IMG/VR virus record: IMGVR_UViG_3300010885_038586
From: an uncultured virus (IMG/VR IMGVR_UViG_3300010885_038586)
Taxonomy: Duplodnaviria; Heunggongvirae; Uroviricota; Caudoviricetes
Reading direction: 5' to 3' (one strand)
Length of the DNA: 20,000 nt
Below are positions 1 to 7,320 of the stretch, piece by piece. The translations under genes and the position numbers were made by a program. Within the stretch, counting starts at the first letter, position 1; the number at the start of each line of letters is the position of its first letter. The notes beneath the pieces were generated by a model. It did no database searches. It was given only the letters and a program-made list of their open reading frames with translations, and was not told the origin of the DNA.

Positions 1-441
1 TGCTGGTAGAGGGTCGTGAGTCAACTCCAGTTTGCCACCCGTGTAGTCCTCCTTATCGGAAAGCTGGATAACCATGCTCATCTTCCGGTCATAGGGGGTG
101 TCCTTGGTCCATTTATTGTCCTCGTGCCAGCCGTAGGTGCCGCTGTCGGTGGCGTTGTACTCGGTGAACTGGACTTCGTGGAACCCTGCAATGTCGAAGC
201 CGAAAGCGTTCGCATTGGCTTTGAGCGCCATGCAAGTAATGCGGTCGTAGAGGGTTGCCAGCAACGGATCGGTGCGGGATAGCCACCGCACCTTGGACCG
301 GCGCAAGTGGTCATCTACCTCACTTTTACCGCCATGCCCGACCGTAGCTGTCACCGGGTCAAAGGTCAGCCCGTACTCGATGATCTGCTTGCACTCGTCT
401 TTCGTGAGTGCGCCATTGAATGATTGCCACCAAAATTTCAT
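1..441 (-). CDS. 2OG-Fe(II) oxygenase (PKHD/prolyl-4-hydroxylase-like), 3'-truncated by window edge
   Basis: Not in ORF track (no stop in window). Manual translation from ATG 441: MKFWWQSFNGALTKDECKQIIEYG...LRRSKVRWL...ANANAFGFDI...EVQFTEY...YGWHED...DRKMSMVIQLSDKEDYTGGKLEL. It has the HxD iron ligand (H106/D108) and the EC..II, R.S.V.W, Q.T.Y and RK.S...QLS...Y.GG.LE motifs typical of 2OG-FeII_Oxy_3 proteins. Confidence 0.9.
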   Translation of the reverse strand, partial: MKFWWQSFNGALTKDECKQIIEYGLTFDPVTATVGHGGKSEVDDHLRRSKVRWLSRTDPLLATLYDRITCMALKANANAFGFDIAGFHEVQFTEYNATDSGTYGWHEDNKWTKDTPYDRKMSMVIQLSDKEDYTGGKLELTHDPLPA

Positions 442-444
442 AAG

Positions 445-1047
445 CTAGGGGGAGGTTACATCTGTGACTACCGTTATGGATTGGCACTCATTTCCGCAGT
501 CCAAGTAACTAAACGTTGTCTTGGTTACTGTAACTCCTGCGGGCGGGCCGGGGGGTCCAGGCCCGCCCGGACTGCCATCGGGGCCGGGGCTGCCTGGACT
601 TCCGGGTGGGCCTGGAACAGTTGACGGGTCTCCTGGCGGCCCAGGCGATCCGGTTCCTGGCGGGCCGGGAGGTCCAGGCCCGCCCGGACTGCCATCGGGG
701 CCGGGGCTGCCCGGACTGCCATCGGGGCCGGGGCTGCCTGGACTTCCGGGTGGGCCTGGACTTCCGTCCGTGCCGGGCGTTCCATCAGTGCCGGGCGTTC
801 CATCAGTGCCGTCGGTGCCGTCGGTGCCCGGCGTCCCATCCTTGCCGTTGGTGCCTGGACTTCCTGGCTCGCCTTTTGGAACAGAAGTGCCCATCTGCGT
901 TGACTTCACCCTCGGCGGTGGAGACGTATGATACCCCACATTACCCGAGCGGGATTGATCCACCTGCACGCCACCATAGCCCTGCGGAACGGCTTTCCGC
1001 TGGAACATGCTGTCGGGGTGGAAATCTCCTGCGGCGGTGCGGATCAT
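445..1047 (-). CDS. Collagen-like (Gly-X-Y) protein, probable virion fibre
   Basis: 35 Gly-X-Y triplets (nt ~541-873) in three runs; ATGA overlap with the upstream gene; short C-terminal domain with two Cys. Confidence 0.9.
   Translation of the reverse strand: MIRTAAGDFHPDSMFQRKAVPQGYGGVQVDQSRSGNVGYHTSPPPRVKSTQMGTSVPKGEPGSPGTNGKDGTPGTDGTDGTDGTPGTDGTPGTDGSPGPPGSPGSPGPDGSPGSPGPDGSPGGPGPPGPPGTGSPGPPGDPSTVPGPPGSPGSPGPDGSPGGPGPPGPPAGVTVTKTTFSYLDCGNECQSITVVTDVTSP
542..805. repeat. Internal DNA repeats of the collagen gene
   Basis: ggtccaggcccgcccggactgccatcggggccggggctgcc at 554 and 671; ggactgccatcggggccggggctgcctggacttccgggtgggcctgga at ~569 and ~713; tandem gtgccgggcgttccatca x2 at ~770-805. 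Confidence 0.85.
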
Positions 1048-1898
1048 GTGTAAACGTCGGGTGGGCGGACAGGTGGAAAATAGGTGACGCGCTCACGCAG
1101 CCAAAACCCATCGGTCGGTTGCACGGCGTCGTCGTAGATAAAGGGTGCCCAGTCGGTGAAGTTCGTCTGCGGAATGAACTTCCGCTGGAGGTTGCGAGCG
1201 GTAGGTGATGCAAGAACGCCGACGCCGGGAACGACGTGAGCACCTGGCACCTTCTCAGGGATCACGATGTCAGGGTGGAGGCATTCTTGGAAGTCAAACT
1301 CCAACCCCACCCAGCTTGCATGTACTCCGGTTGGAATGGGCTGCCGGTGGATCACATCAGCTTTGGCCCATGACGTAGGAGACAGGAGCTGCTCAATCAT
1401 CACCACCGTGCTTACAGACACCGCAGGTCGGAAAGTGTAGCGCGGGAAGTAGCTGGGCTGCGTCTGGGTGCTGGTGCCGTCGAACACGGCCTGCTTAAAA
1501 TCATGGGTTTGTACCACGTACAGATCCTCCAGCACCGCAGGCCAGGTGAATCGCTGCGTCGTGAAGTAGGTGCGGAACTTGGTAGCTTGGTCGGTCAGTG
1601 CCTTGTTCTTGCCGTACTTGAACCACAGAAACTCGCCATCCTTGCCAAAGTTGAGCAGCACGTAGTCTTTAAAACCCTGAAGCTGGATACGCGGCTTCAC
1701 CGACAAGAAAGAGCTATCTTGGTAGGACGTGCCAATCTCAGGCACTTCCGTTGGGTTGAACGTCGCCGCTGTCTCCTTCACCACGACTGCCATCTCACGC
1801 GGGTTGGGTGTCGGCACCAAACTGAAATACTTCCCCTCGTCCGGTTTGGCCGTGATGTTCCTGGCTTTAGGAGGGCTCGCTGGCTTGAACGAAGACAT
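1044..1898 (-). CDS. Hypothetical protein, 284 aa, probably virion structural
   Basis: Long ORF coupled by TGATG and ATGA overlaps to both neighbours in the structural operon; no motif recognised. Confidence 0.75.
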   Translation of the reverse strand: MSSFKPASPPKARNITAKPDEGKYFSLVPTPNPREMAVVVKETAATFNPTEVPEIGTSYQDSSFLSVKPRIQLQGFKDYVLLNFGKDGEFLWFKYGKNKALTDQATKFRTYFTTQRFTWPAVLEDLYVVQTHDFKQAVFDGTSTQTQPSYFPRYTFRPAVSVSTVVMIEQLLSPTSWAKADVIHRQPIPTGVHASWVGLEFDFQECLHPDIVIPEKVPGAHVVPGVGVLASPTARNLQRKFIPQTNFTDWAPFIYDDAVQPTDGFWLRERVTYFPPVRPPDVYT

Positions 1899-2347
1899 CA
1901 GGGCGTCGGGTCAGTGTTTGGCGCGGTGTTGGAGATGATGTCGCCCCGGCGAAACTCGGCGTAGGCGTGGGTGGGGTTCCCTACCACTGTGGCAAAGGTG
2001 AACTTCCAGAAAGTGTAAGTCTGCACCGCTTGACGTGGGGGAGTATGGGACACGTCATCGGCTTCCACAATGCCCATGGTGCCCGTCAAATAGGGGGGCA
2101 CGGTGCCTGTGTGAAAGGATGGGCTGGTGAAGGTGATGCCCGTGTTGGTTATTGCAATGGCATTACCAAGAACATCGTTGTAGCCCAACGTTGCTGGCGT
2201 GACGACGGGGATGTCGCGGTACGGTTCACCCATGCCCTCCATGGCTCCGGCAACTCCATGCAAAGGAGTCAGTTCAGGGTCGGCCACGACCCCAGTGTAA
2301 CGGGCATAGGTGCCATCGAGACGAACGAGATACAGGTTCATGGCCAT
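1898..2347 (-). CDS. Hypothetical protein, ~149 aa, beta-rich, probably structural
   Basis: ATG at 2347 (MAMNLYLVRLDG) lies 5 nt after the upstream stop and is preferred to the overlapping 2371 start. Confidence 0.7.
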   Translation of the reverse strand: MAMNLYLVRLDGTYARYTGVVADPELTPLHGVAGAMEGMGEPYRDIPVVTPATLGYNDVLGNAIAITNTGITFTSPSFHTGTVPPYLTGTMGIVEADDVSHTPPRQAVQTYTFWKFTFATVVGNPTHAYAEFRRGDIISNTAPNTDPTP

Positions 2348-2352
2348 GACGA

Positions 2353-4233
2353 TCAGGGGTAGAAGTTCCAAGCTGTGGGTGATTTAATGTACGCTCTCGC
2401 ACTAGGAAGGTCAACGGGAACTGTGGGGAAGCGGGTGGGCGGTCCAGACGCGGCAGCCCGTGCATTCCAGTCCCAACGTTGCTGCGCTCCGGCCTGTGTG
2501 ATCGGCGTGGTGCCGTCAGCGAAAGTGCCGATGTGCTGGGTGCCATCCGCGTAGCTGACGCGGGCGTTCGGATTCACGCGCCAGTCACCGTCTGCCGGGC
2601 CGTTGTTCTGTCCTAGCGCGACTCCGAGCCAGAAAGCGTACTGGTTGCCCGAGGTCTGATCTGCCCGCAGCAGATAGACGCTGTGTGCGTCCTGTCCGCT
2701 AGCTGCCTGCCACCCGGCCAAAGTGTAAATGTTGGTGCCGTGCCACTGGAATGAAACCAGCGTGGTCGTATCACCGGGGATGCCTGCGACGTACACGTTG
2801 TAGTCCCCGGCGTAGGTGGCACCGACCGGCACCTGCGCGTGTAGGTAGCCGTAGAAGAACACCGACTTGTTCACGCTTAGAACGGCACTGGCGGAATTGT
2901 TGTTGAACCAGACGGTAGGGTTGCCCGTGCTCAAACTGGTGTTACAGAACATCGAGCACTGCAAAAGTGTCGAAGTGGCCGCCGCTGCTTGGAGCACCGC
3001 GTTGTACGTGACCGACTGCTGCTTGAGAATGCAGCAATTGGTCATGGAGGTGTTGCCGTAGTTGGACAGCCCTGCCGGGGTGTGGTTGGCGAGGATGTCC
3101 GAGATCACCATTGACAGCGACCCTAGCGCCACCGGGGGGCCGAGCACTCCGCGATAGAGTGAGCCAGTATTATTTGTCCATGATCCAGTGAAGTATCCGG
3201 TGTTAATAACCCAAATCTGCTCCGCCGTAGTGCTGGCAAAATTGTTCGCACCGATACCATGTGCGTCCGAATCCACTCCTGGACAAACCCCGGCGACTCC
3301 GCAGCGTTTGACTACCCACGTTTTCCCCCTGGCATCGTCTAGGTATGCAACACTGGTCGTGTTGCTCGGTTCGGCTGCTGTGGTCGTATCGGCCAAGTAG
3401 GCGAAGCAATCAAAGGCCGAGCCATCGCCCATGCCCCAGTTGTGCTTGCTACCGTTGGAGGCAATGTTGCAAGACAGGGTGCCCCCAGTTCGTGAGACGA
3501 GATCCACGCTGCCGTTGTTGTCGAGGGCGCTGTCTGTCTCTACTCCCGAGATGGAGCAATTGACTGGTCCCTGGACCACGATGGTCCTGACCGTGACCTC
3601 ATAGGTCTTGCCATTGGAGTTCGGATTGCCATTGTCTGACGGGTGGATGCGACAAGGCCATGGGGTGCCATCGCTGCCCACTTGAATGACGAAAGACCCG
3701 GCTGTGCTGTCACAGGTTGCCTGGTCCAACACGCGGACCATCTCCACACCGTTCTCGAACACACGCATGCGGCTCGTTTGGCTTGAGTCGTGGGCAACAC
3801 TCGCCGTCCAAACGTTCGTCGTGCCGCCCACCAAAGACCACCCCGTCACCACGTTCAACCCGCTGATGCGCGGAGGGTCGCCTGAGCCATAGGGCAGCAC
3901 GGATGGCGCTGTCAGGTTGGAAAGGTTCAGCGACTCGCGCCAGAAGCTGCCGCACTTCAAACCAATGAACTCGTTGGCACCGGCGATAGCCACAGCAGCC
4001 GTCAATGTCTGTTTCGGTGCTGAGATAGAGCGCCCTGAGTTTGTGTCACTGCCGCCAACGGAGTCCACCCAGAGGGTGATCGGGCTTGGCGTAGGAGGCG
4101 TCACACCTCCCGCAGCAGTTGCCACGAGGATCTGCTGGAGCAAAAACACTTCCGTCTCACCGAAAGCAGAAGCGCCAAGCGCCTGCATGGTCTTGGCGTT
4201 CTGCGCGTATCCGGTGATGTCGGTGGTCAACAT
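2353..4233 (-). CDS. Spike/fibre protein with N-terminal anchor module and predicted right-handed beta-helix (pectin-lyase-like) domain
   Basis: After a Pro linker (GGVTPPTPSP): WVDSVGGSDTNSGRSISAPKQTLTAA...LKCGSFWRESL, typical of the start of parallel beta-helix proteins; GDYNVY and TLAGWQAASGQDAHS near the C-terminus; rich in G/S/T/N. Confidence 0.7.
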   Translation of the reverse strand: MLTTDITGYAQNAKTMQALGASAFGETEVFLLQQILVATAAGGVTPPTPSPITLWVDSVGGSDTNSGRSISAPKQTLTAAVAIAGANEFIGLKCGSFWRESLNLSNLTAPSVLPYGSGDPPRISGLNVVTGWSLVGGTTNVWTASVAHDSSQTSRMRVFENGVEMVRVLDQATCDSTAGSFVIQVGSDGTPWPCRIHPSDNGNPNSNGKTYEVTVRTIVVQGPVNCSISGVETDSALDNNGSVDLVSRTGGTLSCNIASNGSKHNWGMGDGSAFDCFAYLADTTTAAEPSNTTSVAYLDDARGKTWVVKRCGVAGVCPGVDSDAHGIGANNFASTTAEQIWVINTGYFTGSWTNNTGSLYRGVLGPPVALGSLSMVISDILANHTPAGLSNYGNTSMTNCCILKQQSVTYNAVLQAAAATSTLLQCSMFCNTSLSTGNPTVWFNNNSASAVLSVNKSVFFYGYLHAQVPVGATYAGDYNVYVAGIPGDTTTLVSFQWHGTNIYTLAGWQAASGQDAHSVYLLRADQTSGNQYAFWLGVALGQNNGPADGDWRVNPNARVSYADGTQHIGTFADGTTPITQAGAQQRWDWNARAAASGPPTRFPTVPVDLPSARAYIKSPTAWNFYP

Positions 4234-4758
4234 TTACGGAGTGACAGAGGCGAGAGGGTTTTTCGGAAGAACGTAGGCATGGCCGGTGAGTCCGATGTAC
4301 TGCTGCTGTGCGGCAGTAACAACAGAAGCCAGACCCAGAAGTTCGGATTGTCGCACAACTTCTTTGCCAGTGTTACTGTTCACGCCCTGCGCATTCAGCG
4401 CAGCGATCTGCGCTTGAGCCTTGAGGATGATCTGCTCGATAATCTTGGCCTCTGCCGCTGTAGCGAGCTGTTTCCCCAGCGTTTCCGCTGTCGCGATAGA
4501 AGCCTGCCCGATAGGTGAGGCAATGAAGGCGGTCAGGCCAGCGCAGGACGTAAGCGACAGCATGCACAGACACCCAACGAGAGTCTTCGCCGTGCCGGTG
4601 ACTCCTGCATCTTTGGCGACATATCCAAGTGCCGCGATGACCGCAGGAATCAGCCAGAGCTTCCAATCGTTCAGATTGCCACCGTTGGTTTGAAAAGTTT
4701 GGATGAAGGTCAGAGCCGCAAAAACGGCTCCAGCAATAGTAGTCTTATAGTTTTTCAT
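4234..4758 (-). CDS. Holin-like membrane protein with internal lipoprotein signal (lipobox LTSC)
   Basis: MKNYKTTIAG...two hydrophobic helices...AKD N-terminal unit, then KTLVGCLCMLSLTSC and an Ala/Gln-rich helical region. Confidence 0.55.
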   Translation of the reverse strand: MKNYKTTIAGAVFAALTFIQTFQTNGGNLNDWKLWLIPAVIAALGYVAKDAGVTGTAKTLVGCLCMLSLTSCAGLTAFIASPIGQASIATAETLGKQLATAAEAKIIEQIILKAQAQIAALNAQGVNSNTGKEVVRQSELLGLASVVTAAQQQYIGLTGHAYVLPKNPLASVTP

Positions 4759-4786
4759 GCTAGTTGTTGTGGGTTGGAGAAAAGGA

Positions 4787-5401
4787 TCAATCGTTGATTA
4801 CCGACATCAGGTGATACCACCCGAGGACGTTGTTATCGCGGTCGTACAAAATCTCGGCACGGTCGAAGACTTTGGCCTCCTGCCCGTTGCGGTCAACCAG
4901 TCGGAACTTGTGTACAAAATTGCGTTTGTCCGCAACGCACTGCCGCCACAGGCGCTCCACTCTCTCGGCATCTTCAGTATGCACCAAGGTCAGCCAGCCG
5001 GACCCGCTGAGTTCCTCCTGCTGGCACCCCAGCAGGCGCACCGAAAAGTCGTTGGCAAAACTGCACAGACCCAAAGCGTCACACTGAAGCACCGGACGTT
5101 CCACGAACGACCACGAAACCTGGGACACGATGACAGCAAACTCGGCTCTGCGACTCACTCTGTGGATTTCGTCGAGCAGCGCACGAATAGCCAGGTTCTG
5201 CTCTTGGATGAGGTGGGGGGCGCGAACGAAGTTCCACAGCCACTTCCACATTGCTCCAAGGCTGTGCCTCCATACCCACGAAGCGACTAATCCCGCACTA
5301 CCCGCCAAAGCGATCCATGCGTTCCACTCGCCGGGGTCGATGTTCTGCGAGTGAGCGCGGATCGGACTGGAAGCCTCGGCGAGTGAAAGTGCGGGCATCA
5401 T
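4787..5401 (-). CDS. Membrane-anchored stand-alone PAS-domain protein
   Basis: TM segment (WIALAGSAGLVASWVW), coiled coil, then PAS signature DALG..FAN....LLG....ELSGSGW...VHTED.ERV...W......FVHKFRL....G; no kinase or other output domain. Confidence 0.85.
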   Translation of the reverse strand: MMPALSLAEASSPIRAHSQNIDPGEWNAWIALAGSAGLVASWVWRHSLGAMWKWLWNFVRAPHLIQEQNLAIRALLDEIHRVSRRAEFAVIVSQVSWSFVERPVLQCDALGLCSFANDFSVRLLGCQQEELSGSGWLTLVHTEDAERVERLWRQCVADKRNFVHKFRLVDRNGQEAKVFDRAEILYDRDNNVLGWYHLMSVIND

Positions 5402-5616
5402 GCGGTGGTGTCGGCGGGGATTTCAGCAAGTTCGGCCTCGAAGGCTTCTTTGGCGGCGATGAGGCCACCGAGGGTTTCAGTCGTTTGGTCGAGCAGACCT
5501 TTGGTGGCTGCACCCCCCGCTGCCCAGCCTTTTTGGAGGATGGTCTGCTTGAAGATGGGTTCTTCCAAACTGGTGATCTGCTCTTGGATGAATGCGCGTT
5601 TTTGAGTGTTGTCCAT
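5398..5616 (-). CDS. Hypothetical 72-aa helical protein
   Basis: ATG start; ATGA overlap with the PAS gene; preceded by a promoter-like element. Confidence 0.7.
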   Translation of the reverse strand: MDNTQKRAFIQEQITSLEEPIFKQTILQKGWAAGGAATKGLLDQTTETLGGLIAAKEAFEAELAEIPADTTA

Positions 5617-5623
5617 AGGGGCG

Positions 5624-5652
5624 AAAATATGCTGTCTTGATCAAGGTTGCAA
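5624..5652 (-). promoter_or_regulatory. Sigma70-like promoter for the 72-aa/PAS/holin cassette (leaderless)
   Basis: TTGCAA (5652-5647), 17 nt, TATTTT (5629-5624), 7 nt before ATG 5616; the spacer holds the palindrome CTTGATCAAG (5636-5645). Confidence 0.55.
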
Positions 5653-5656
5653 TCTT

Positions 5657-6859
5657 TTATGCGATGGTGATCCCACGGAAGGCTCGGACGAACCAACCAA
5701 CTGTGGTGGCAAATTGGAGCGTCACGTTGTCACCAACGCTGGTGAAAGTAATCGTGGTGAAACCCGACTTCGTGGTGGGCGTGAGGATGCCAGTGCCACC
5801 AGCAACCACATGCACAATGATTTTGATTTGCCCATCGGTCCCGTCTGCGAGAGTCAGAGCCTGAGCGGCACCAGTAGAGGTGAACTTGGTGACTGTGGTG
5901 GATAGGTTCACCGCGCCAGCGCCAGAAAGTGCCTGGGGGTTGGTGATAGCCATCGGGCCATTGATGCCGAGAGCATTCCAATAGAATCCGTTAGCACCAC
6001 CAACCACTGCTTGTCCTCCGAACACCGTACTCAGATTTGGATCATACATGATGTTACATCCGATGATCCCGCCCACTGAAACAAGAGCACCGTCATTTCT
6101 GACATACGCCTTCTCCACGCCCGAAACCTGCCAGGACATGGACTTACCCGAGGCAGAGGGCAGGTTCACTGTCTGCTGTGCCGTGAACACATTGGCCGTG
6201 CCAAGGAGTGCCGCCGTGCCCGTGGCTGGGGCGGTGAGAGTGAACCCGCCAAGCGCGAGGGTGCCACCTCCTGTGATGGTGGTGTTGTTGCCAACTGAGA
6301 TGGTGCCTGAGTTGGCTACACCTGTGCCGCCGTTATTGGCAGCCACGATGCCTCCAAGGCTGGTTGCGGCGTACCCCGAGCAGTTACCCAGATTACCTCC
6401 TGATGGTGTGCCGAGTGCTCCATTGTAGAGGACCGGCGAGCCAGCAGAGCCAATGTTGTTCCCAAGGGCGGACAAAATACCGGTACCGGTAGTAACTGTG
6501 CCAGGAGCAGCCCCAGCACCTCCACCGACCACAAGAGCGTTCGCAGCAAGTGCCGCAGAGGAAGCCCACGTTCCGGCAGAACTGAAATAAGGGATGCCCC
6601 CACTGGTGCCTGCCACCGTCAGCGCAAGTGTGCCCGACGTGGTGATGGGCGAACCTGCGACAGAGATTACCCCACCGGTGAAGGACAAGCCTACACTGGT
6701 GACAGTGCCTGATCCGCCCCCGCCACCGCTGGTGCGGTTGGCCAGAGCCACAAGGATCTGCCGGTAAAGGTCATTCCGGTTATCGGCAATCACGTCCGCA
6801 CCGATCAGGGTGCGGGCAGTATTGGCCTGAGCTAGACCATAGAGGTTGGTGGCGTTCAT
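5657..6859 (-). CDS. Gly/Thr/Ala-rich fibre protein with N-terminal anchor module
   Basis: Poly-Gly linker followed by GTVTSVGLS...ISVAGSPITTSGTLALT and NGGTG motifs common in phage fibres; 400 aa. Confidence 0.75.
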   Translation of the reverse strand: MNATNLYGLAQANTARTLIGADVIADNRNDLYRQILVALANRTSGGGGGSGTVTSVGLSFTGGVISVAGSPITTSGTLALTVAGTSGGIPYFSSAGTWASSAALAANALVVGGGAGAAPGTVTTGTGILSALGNNIGSAGSPVLYNGALGTPSGGNLGNCSGYAATSLGGIVAANNGGTGVANSGTISVGNNTTITGGGTLALGGFTLTAPATGTAALLGTANVFTAQQTVNLPSASGKSMSWQVSGVEKAYVRNDGALVSVGGIIGCNIMYDPNLSTVFGGQAVVGGANGFYWNALGINGPMAITNPQALSGAGAVNLSTTVTKFTSTGAAQALTLADGTDGQIKIIVHVVAGGTGILTPTTKSGFTTITFTSVGDNVTLQFATTVGWFVRAFRGITIA

Positions 6860-6987
6860 GCGTTGGCGACGGCGATAAGGATTTGCTGGAGAAGAAAGAC
6901 CTCGGTGTCACCAAACACTTCCGCACCAAGGACTTGCAAAGTCTTGGCGTCTTGGGAAGACCCCGTGATGTTGGTGACAGCAGCCAT
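6856..6987 (-). CDS. Unannotated 43-aa protein consisting only of the anchor module (candidate capsid decoration protein)
   Basis: MAAVTNITGSSQDAKTLQVLGAEVFGDTEVFLLQQILIAVANA; TAATG overlap upstream and ATGA overlap downstream; 26/37 identity to the N-terminus of 2353..4233. Confidence 0.85.
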   Translation of the reverse strand: MAAVTNITGSSQDAKTLQVLGAEVFGDTEVFLLQQILIAVANA

Positions 6988-7232
6988 TAGGATTCGTCCA
7001 TCGGGGGTTCGCCACGACCCATGGCGCGGGCCAGACCTTCTTCGTCCAACTCGGTTTCAGCCTCTTCTTCGGCGGGGGATTCTTCCATCTCCACGGGCCT
7101 GCCGTCGATGGCTTCCACTTCGAGGCCGTTGGGGGTGAGGTGGACGGTGGCCTGCACGTCGAAGGTTTCACCCTCCTTGTGAGCAGCCATGTCGAAGCCT
7201 TTCGGCAGGGGGATCATGATCATCTTTTCCAT
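6987..7232 (-). CDS. Small acidic protein (81 aa) carrying the scaffold-like TELDEEGL motif
   Basis: ATG 7232 (MEKMIMIPLPKGFD...) lies downstream of the capsid terminator; Glu-rich tail. Confidence 0.8.
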   Translation of the reverse strand: MEKMIMIPLPKGFDMAAHKEGETFDVQATVHLTPNGLEVEAIDGRPVEMEESPAEEEAETELDEEGLARAMGRGEPPMDES

Positions 7233-7254
7233 AAGGGTGTGGGAATGAGTGGTT

Positions 7255-7292
7255 AAAGAAAGGCGGGAACCTGCGTATTGCAAGTCCCCGCC
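7255..7292 (-). terminator. Rho-independent terminator after the major capsid gene
   Basis: Minus strand GGCGGGGACTTGC-AATAC-GCAGGTTCCCGCC-TTTCTTT: 13-bp stem (2 G-U pairs) plus U-tract. Confidence 0.85.
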
Positions 7293-7320
7293 CTAACTTT
7301 TGCCGTGCTCGGCCTTCAGA

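Noticed and set aside
16..314. Track ORFs 16..282 (+) and 78..314 (-)
   Set aside because: Both shadow the open minus-strand frame 441..1, which encodes a recognisable 2OG-Fe(II) oxygenase.
521..931. Plus-strand Gly/Pro-rich ORF that also looks collagen-like
   Set aside because: It is the antisense mirror of GGN/CCN codons in the real collagen gene and has no operon context.
5636..5645. GATC-centred palindrome as a methylation-controlled switch
   Set aside because: GATC is frequent in the window and the specificity of the encoded MTases is unknown; noted only as part of the promoter.
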